Assembly: GCA_043816005.1 (NCBI GenBank)
Contig: JBDRIM010000034.1
Coordinates: 1-21,763, forward strand
DNA: 21,763 nucleotides
Source of the DNA: Candidatus Micrarchaeota archaeon
GTDB taxonomy: Archaea; Micrarchaeota; Micrarchaeia; Anstonellales; Bilamarchaeaceae
Direction: 5' to 3'
The number at the start of each line of letters is the position of its first letter. Within the stretch, counting starts at the first letter, position 1. The notes under the pieces were generated by a model. The model searched no databases, was not told the origin of the DNA, and saw only the letters and a program-made list of their open reading frames with translations. Both the position numbers and the translations under genes were made by a program. Below are positions 16,061 to 21,763 of this stretch, piece after piece.

Positions 16061-18121
16061 ATGAAAAGTATAATTTTAATTTTTCTAATTGGGATTTTAA
16101 TGACTACTAGTTTTGCCATAATACCTAAATATGATGTAGAATATGACAAAACAATTACTATTGATGGGACAGATACTGATTGGAATGCAGATACCGCATA
16201 TCTTTATGATGGATTTACGGCTACTTCTAGCTGGTATGAAATTGCATATAGTACAACGGGCACAGTATTACCTAGGTACTTTATATGTGGATATTTTAGC
16301 ATACGAGACAGTACAGTAGATACTGAATATGATCGTTTTATTTTTGTTTATAATACAGTAGACTCGGATAATCATCTTAGTTTTAGTAGAGATGGGAAAG
16401 TATATGACGGGGGTAGCAGTCTTATAGATCCAGATAAATACCCATTTACCTATAAGAAAATCGAATATGCAACAGGATGGGGTGGTGAGTTCTGTTTTAC
16501 TTATGAGTATAATGGTTTCACTAATTTTCATCCAGGTACAGCCAAGCAATTTACGCCAGTTTCATTCAAATATTTTAATTACGGCGGTGGCCTAAACCAA
16601 AAAACAGTTTATGGAAATATTGGCACTCTTAATTCCGAAGATTATTGGCAGATACCGATAGAAATATGTAGTTCAAACGATGATTGTTTGGACAATGAGC
16701 AGTGCATTGCAGCAGCAACTGGCGATATATGTTTACCAGTAAACGAACAAAGTGAATGTGGATATGTTGCAGATCATCAGTGGAATGAATATCAATGCTG
16801 TGACGATAGTGCTTGTGCGGGTGGAAAGATATGCGATAATCACATCTGTGAATTAGAAAACCCATGCAATACAAATTCTGATTGCGCTGATACTGAGTTT
16901 TGTGCACCACTTGCAATAGGAGACGTCTGTCTTGCATTGAACTGCGAAGTCTATGAGACTATCGTAAATCATGAATGCGCTCTTAAACAGGGTGCATGTT
17001 ATGACAACAGTGATTGTGCTGTTGATCATTATTGTTCTAATAATTTCTGTTTTCCAAAGCCTTCTTGTACGAAAGACTCTGATTGTATTAATTATTTCTA
17101 TTTTTGCGTGAACCAAGACTATTGCGAGCAATACACATGTAGTGACGATTCGGATTGTCCAGCAAACGGGTATTGCGACCAGTATGCAAAGCTTTGCCAC
17201 AACCTTGAATACGGGGAATGTTCAGACGATTCAGACTGCGGCAATGACCAGACATGCAACTTAAACACAAATACTTGTGTGTACGTTCCCCCAGTGTGTG
17301 ATTACGAATGTTGTTCTGACAATGACTGCAATGTAAATGAATATTGTTCTGGGCATCAATGTGTTGATAACCCCCCTGATCTAGAATGCTATGGTGATGT
17401 AAAAATAGATATTGAGTACGCACTAAACCAAGGAGTTATAGCACAGATAAGTGGTTTGCATAATTGTGAAGGAAAACTTGGATTAATAAAAAAAGATAAT
17501 TGTAATGGCATGACTATGTGTATGATGGAACTATCAAATACCGGTGGTTCGTGCAGTTTTTCAATACCTGTCCAAAACGAATGGCATACTTATGCAGCAT
17601 GTGTGGATATGGACGATGATGATTATTATTCAAATGACGAAAAAGCAACTGAAATGATATATATGAATAGCACATGTGATGAACCGGAATGTACTCCCAT
17701 GCAGTGGAGTGCATGTGTTTGTACTGGTACAAGTACAACCGGAGTAACAGTAGGTAGCTGTACTAATGGATGTGGAATACTATTAGAATATACAAATGAA
17801 TGCCAATGTCCTCCAACTGTGATAAATAATACACAACAAGGAAACCAAACATTGAATCAAACTAATCAAGGAAATAATTCTCAAAATCAGAATAATACTA
17901 CCATAGTCAGACCTGGAGAAGAACCACAACCAGATTATGTTACATACGCACTTGTAGCACTTGGATTGCTTTTCTTAATAGTAATAATAGTTGGTTCGAT
18001 GAAATTATTGAAAGGACCATCTGAACCGACATCAAAAACACCAATCACTAAATCAAAAGAAAAACTAATTAATAGCGAAGAAATAGATCTTGAAGAATTG
18101 GACAAAAAGCCAAAAAAATAA
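16061..18121 (+). CDS. Large Cys-rich membrane-anchored surface protein
   Basis: Signal peptide, IDGxxxDW (CBM9/DOMON-like) start, about 8 C-x-x-D/N-x-x-C repeats, N/Q/T linker, C-terminal TM and charged tail. Confidence 0.82.
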   Translation: MKSIILIFLIGILMTTSFAIIPKYDVEYDKTITIDGTDTDWNADTAYLYDGFTATSSWYEIAYSTTGTVLPRYFICGYFSIRDSTVDTEYDRFIFVYNTVDSDNHLSFSRDGKVYDGGSSLIDPDKYPFTYKKIEYATGWGGEFCFTYEYNGFTNFHPGTAKQFTPVSFKYFNYGGGLNQKTVYGNIGTLNSEDYWQIPIEICSSNDDCLDNEQCIAAATGDICLPVNEQSECGYVADHQWNEYQCCDDSACAGGKICDNHICELENPCNTNSDCADTEFCAPLAIGDVCLALNCEVYETIVNHECALKQGACYDNSDCAVDHYCSNNFCFPKPSCTKDSDCINYFYFCVNQDYCEQYTCSDDSDCPANGYCDQYAKLCHNLEYGECSDDSDCGNDQTCNLNTNTCVYVPPVCDYECCSDNDCNVNEYCSGHQCVDNPPDLECYGDVKIDIEYALNQGVIAQISGLHNCEGKLGLIKKDNCNGMTMCMMELSNTGGSCSFSIPVQNEWHTYAACVDMDDDDYYSNDEKATEMIYMNSTCDEPECTPMQWSACVCTGTSTTGVTVGSCTNGCGILLEYTNECQCPPTVINNTQQGNQTLNQTNQGNNSQNQNNTTIVRPGEEPQPDYVTYALVALGLLFLIVIIVGSMKLLKGPSEPTSKTPITKSKEKLINSEEIDLEELDKKPKK

Positions 18122-18154
18122 TTTATTTTTTATTATTTAATTTTTATATTTAGA

Positions 18155-19360
18155 TTATTTTGTTGTATCTAAAAATTCCCTTAATGCAACTGTTGCATAG
18201 CTTCCAGACCCTAAAGAAAATCGGAATGTTTCGTTTTGGTAGGAAAAATCTTTAAGTGGAGAAAGAATTGTTCTGTAAGTTCCTTTGGAAGCAACTTCTG
18301 GAATTTCCTTTAGTTTAAAATTTTCCTTTGACATGCTAAATTTCTCCAGAAGTTCTTTTTCACGAGTGTTTGTTGGGGTGGTATAACCTATTAGTTTCCC
18401 AGTAATCCAACCTTCTGCTTCGGCTTTATCAATATCTGGAAATCCGCGGGTTTCACCACAGTAATATTCACCCTCTTCCAATTCAAGCTCTGATTCCCCG
18501 TCTTGGATACGTTCGGAAAGAAGGATGTTGAAGATATGTGATTGGAATGCATGTACAAATAGAAGTAAAATGTTACGTGGAAGACAACGCAAGGCATTTA
18601 GATAATTTTCGGGGTGACGTTCTAAATAAGCTATCATTGAACGTTCAAGCCTTAGGTGATTTGGATATTCCTTTAGTGCTTGGGAGAAATTTCTTGTTTC
18701 TTTTAAATTTTTACGTGCTTTTATGGAATCGGAATTTATTTCTCCATCTCCGTCGCATAAAAACATAAAAACAGCGTCTTCCAGTTTTTTCTGGAGGATC
18801 TTTTCACCGACGAGGTGGGTGTTTTTTCTTGTTGAACCAAATCTTTGTTCGCCATAATAATTCGGAAATTTTTTGTTGAGTTCGACCATGATGGCCTCGC
18901 TACGGTCGGTGGAATCTTGAATGCAATCACGAACGCGTATAGTAAATCGGTTTCCCAATAGATCACCGATACGAACTCGATTAGCTGCAGTCCACGCACC
19001 ATTTATGGAAATGTCTTTAATTTTTATTTCTTCAACTTTTTCAATTGGAACACCAAAAACAGAAGCTAGTTGAACAGAAATTGCAGTTTTATCTTTGATA
19101 CCTGCAGTATTGAAACGGTTCTGACTTATCTGAAGTCTTCTGGAAATCTCACTAATGGCAGAAGAAGTAGACCAGTTATTTTTTTGAAGTATAAAATGGA
19201 TATATTTGCCTCCACCACTTTCCACTCGCGCATTATCTTTGGAAAATTTACGGTTAAGTTCAAAAACAGTTCCATCAAGACCAATTTCTTCGACTAGAAA
19301 ATCGCCTGGAGTGGTTTTTATCGTACCTCCAATACCAGGAATTTTTGATAAATAGTTCAT
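18155..19360 (-). CDS. truD: tRNA pseudouridine-13 synthase TruD/Pus7
   Basis: DFLVEEI, AGIKDKTAISVQ (catalytic Asp), GNRFTI, PNYYGEQRFG, GSYAT. Confidence 0.96.
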   Translation of the reverse strand: MNYLSKIPGIGGTIKTTPGDFLVEEIGLDGTVFELNRKFSKDNARVESGGGKYIHFILQKNNWSTSSAISEISRRLQISQNRFNTAGIKDKTAISVQLASVFGVPIEKVEEIKIKDISINGAWTAANRVRIGDLLGNRFTIRVRDCIQDSTDRSEAIMVELNKKFPNYYGEQRFGSTRKNTHLVGEKILQKKLEDAVFMFLCDGDGEINSDSIKARKNLKETRNFSQALKEYPNHLRLERSMIAYLERHPENYLNALRCLPRNILLLFVHAFQSHIFNILLSERIQDGESELELEEGEYYCGETRGFPDIDKAEAEGWITGKLIGYTTPTNTREKELLEKFSMSKENFKLKEIPEVASKGTYRTILSPLKDFSYQNETFRFSLGSGSYATVALREFLDTTK

Positions 19361-19364
19361 TAGA

Positions 19365-20447
19365 TCACGTCAAAATGATATTTGCATTTTGAAATGCCTG
19401 ACTAGTGTCCTTACCAGCAATTGTGTCAACTGCATTTTTCAAATCGTTGTTACTCATCTCCCCAGTAGCTTGAGCAAATATCTCATCATATTGATTTACA
19501 TCAATACCATAAAGTCTGCAAAGTTCGTACGATAACGGGGCAAATGATTTCATCCTATCATCACAGGCACTAATGTTAAAAAGAAATGAAGATTCTTTAC
19601 TTGCATCATTTCCATCCCAATAACCTGAAATGTGAAATGATAACATTTTTACAAAATGTTCAGATGGAGTATATGATTGAATTGGAAGAATGAGATGACC
19701 TGCTTCATGTACACTCAAGAGCTGACCAGCAGTACGGCAAGCATTTTCTTCAGTAAGTGGAACAATGATATTTGTCTTTTCATAATCAAAAGTACATGCA
19801 ATTCCATGTCCATTTCCATCAATGCCAGCAAACCCAGTACCAATAGAAAAATCCTCAAAATTTCCGCATGCTGAATCTGATGTAAAATGAAAATCAATGG
19901 GGCGGATTTGAGAGGTAAATTCAAGGCCAACAATTGATTTGAGTGAGAGGATTGATTTTTTAAGACCGACGTATTTTTTCTTAAGCAGATTATCGCTTAA
20001 TTGACATGGTTTTTGGCACACCACGCGGAGATCTGAACCTACTTCGCTAAATACAATATAATCAGCACCATTGATTACATCATCAACCACAGTAATATTG
20101 ATTGGGAATCCACAAATTTCTTGTTGGTTATTCGGAGTGATATTATTGGAAATGTTAAGTGGAACTGGAATGCAACGATTGGTGTGGCAATCATAGCCTG
20201 AAGTGCACGGTGGATTACCATACTGGCAACCGGATTTTAGTGTACATAGATTATTGATGCATGCATGCTCATCATCACAAATAGGATTGTTATATTGGCA
20301 ACCACTTTTCAGAATACAATAGTTGTTTATGCAGTTCTCATTAGTATTACAAGATGGATTATTGAACTGGCAACCAATCGATGGTTCGGATTGTTGAATG
20401 CAACCTAATAATAGAACAACCAAAATAATGATATAAACAAATCGCAT
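19365..20447 (-). CDS. Putative lipoprotein with 3 Cys-rich tandem repeats and an HExxH domain
   Basis: LLLGC lipobox; three GCQ(F/Y)xNPxC..C....C units of 24 aa; VHEAGH...SEHF. Confidence 0.8.
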   Translation of the reverse strand: MRFVYIIILVVLLLGCIQQSEPSIGCQFNNPSCNTNENCINNYCILKSGCQYNNPICDDEHACINNLCTLKSGCQYGNPPCTSGYDCHTNRCIPVPLNISNNITPNNQQEICGFPINITVVDDVINGADYIVFSEVGSDLRVVCQKPCQLSDNLLKKKYVGLKKSILSLKSIVGLEFTSQIRPIDFHFTSDSACGNFEDFSIGTGFAGIDGNGHGIACTFDYEKTNIIVPLTEENACRTAGQLLSVHEAGHLILPIQSYTPSEHFVKMLSFHISGYWDGNDASKESSFLFNISACDDRMKSFAPLSYELCRLYGIDVNQYDEIFAQATGEMSNNDLKNAVDTIAGKDTSQAFQNANIILT

Positions 20448-20501
20448 AAAGATAACCTGATTATAAATTTAGATAGCGCCTGTTAAAATAGGAATATGCA
20501 A

Positions 20502-21071
20502 TTAATGTTTTATTGCCTTGATGAGATCTGCTTTAGTAATTATGCCGATTGGCGTTCCCTTTGTTTCTACCAAAATTGCTTTGTATAGTTTTAACAATTC
20601 AGTTATAGTACTGAGTTTGGCATTTGGAGGGATTGTAGGAAAACTCATTTCCATAACCTCGTTGACATGCACCTTACCAAGACTATTTCCGTACTTTGTT
20701 ATCCAATCTATGAATTCATTTTCTGAAACACTCCCAATACATTTGCCATTTTGTAGTACTGGCAACTGTGAAATGTTGTATTTTTTCATTATTTCCATTA
20801 TTTTGTTCAGTTTATCATTTGGAGTCGCAGTGATGATCTGTTTTGTCATGATGTCTTTGGCTGTTTTTTGGCTGTCTCCTTTGCTTAACTCTTGTTCGAG
20901 TGCATAAAATATTGCAATTACTTTGGAGTACGCAGGATCTACGCGATTGCTTTCAATCTTTGCAATAAGACTTTGACTGACTCCGGCTAATTTGGCAAGT
21001 TGCTTTTGCGTGAGATCCAGTTTCTTTCTTAAACTTTTTATTTTTTCAAGTTCGCGTATTTTTACCACCAA
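20502..21071 (-). CDS. XRE/Cro HTH plus CBS-pair transcriptional regulator
   Basis: LTQKQLAKLAGVSQSLIAKIES, followed by ISQLPVL and GIITKADLI CBS motifs. Confidence 0.93.
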   Translation of the reverse strand: MVVKIRELEKIKSLRKKLDLTQKQLAKLAGVSQSLIAKIESNRVDPAYSKVIAIFYALEQELSKGDSQKTAKDIMTKQIITATPNDKLNKIMEIMKKYNISQLPVLQNGKCIGSVSENEFIDWITKYGNSLGKVHVNEVMEMSFPTIPPNAKLSTITELLKLYKAILVETKGTPIGIITKADLIKAIKH

Positions 21072-21077
21072 GTACTC

Positions 21078-21186
21078 ATTCTTATAGGAATATTTAAAAC
21101 GAAGATTATTTAAATTGGAATATTTATTCTTTGAAGAATTTTAATGTTACTAGTAGAATTTAACGTCGTAGTATTCTATCAGGAAT
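21078..21186. promoter_or_regulatory. Three ATTCT-N4-RGAAT palindromes, candidate operators
   Basis: ATTCTTATAGGAAT 21078-21091, ATTCTTTGAAGAAT 21126-21139, ATTCTATCAGGAAT 21173-21186. Confidence 0.6.
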
Positions 21187-21247
21187 ATTCTGTTTTTCAT
21201 AAATCCGTCAAAAGAATTTATATACCATCATTCGCCTACCCCACTTT

Positions 21248-21763
21248 ATGAAACTTAAATGTTATGATAAATCTTTGGATATTGCTGTGGTTCTGGACAG
21301 AAAACAGTTGCTGAAGGAAAGGCCAAATTTGTTTAGATTGTCAAATAGAATCCCAATAAACAGTGTAGATAGAACAGCATATGATCTTCTAGACCCAAGG
21401 ACAGGATTAGGCGACAAGATCGCAGTTAAGATAGGTTTTGGAGCTATTGGCCGTACTCAGGTTAATTTAAGAAATCTTACTTATGCAGCAACTGCCCTTG
21501 AGGTTGCACGAGAGATAGGCTGCAATGTTGAGTTTGTCAGTGGAGCAGGTATCAGTAGTGCTTGTGGATTAGTAAGATATAGCGAAGTAGAAGAACAGAT
21601 AAGAGATACATTTGCTCTTATTAAAGAGTTTTCAACAATATGTTTCCCAAACGTAGGAATTTCTTTTAATATTCCAACTTTTCTTGATTTGGATACGATA
21701 AATCGCATTATTGAAATTATTGAAGCAAAATATAGATATGCTCGAATGGCATTGGATGCGTTG
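21248..21763 (+). CDS. Hypothetical protein (truncated by window end; absent from the ORF track)
   Basis: ATG 21248 opens 172 codons with no stop (MKLKCYDKSLDIAVVLDRK...RMALDAL); TTTATATA box about 25-30 bp upstream. Confidence 0.75.
   Translation, partial: MKLKCYDKSLDIAVVLDRKQLLKERPNLFRLSNRIPINSVDRTAYDLLDPRTGLGDKIAVKIGFGAIGRTQVNLRNLTYAATALEVAREIGCNVEFVSGAGISSACGLVRYSEVEEQIRDTFALIKEFSTICFPNVGISFNIPTFLDLDTINRIIEIIEAKYRYARMALDAL

Noticed and set aside
3130..19360. Cluster of tRNA-modification genes (cbf5, thiI, trm1, truD) as a dedicated island
   Set aside because: Scattered among unrelated genes and on both strands; expected density in a small genome

Overview
AT-rich archaeal chromosomal window, most likely a DPANN archaeon (Micrarchaeota-like; inferred from archaeal Cbf5, Trm1, Spt5, SecE, FtsZ and Cmk, multi-intron tRNAs and compact gene packing). 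It is mostly housekeeping: Fe/Mn SOD, DUF106-cmk-cbf5, thiI, bacterial-type glyA, a frameshifted KaiC/RAD55 ATPase, mscS, ftsZ-secE-spt5, rhomboid, PP2C-like phosphatase, trm1 and truD. It also holds three Cys-rich surface proteins and an HTH-CBS regulator. The most unusual signal is at two minus-strand tRNA genes hidden under spurious ORFs: tRNA-Ser(GGA) with a 241-nt intron, and tRNA-Gly(CCC) with a 39-nt D-loop intron and a 120-nt anticodon-loop intron. Their introns and flanks are built from short near-perfect hairpin modules. One module (ATTGWT...AWCAAT) recurs six times across both loci, and both ends of tRNA-Ser are duplicated in its flanks. This looks like a tRNA-associated hairpin-repeat or mini-element system; no candidate mobilising enzyme is visible in the window. 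All folding and family calls were made by eye.
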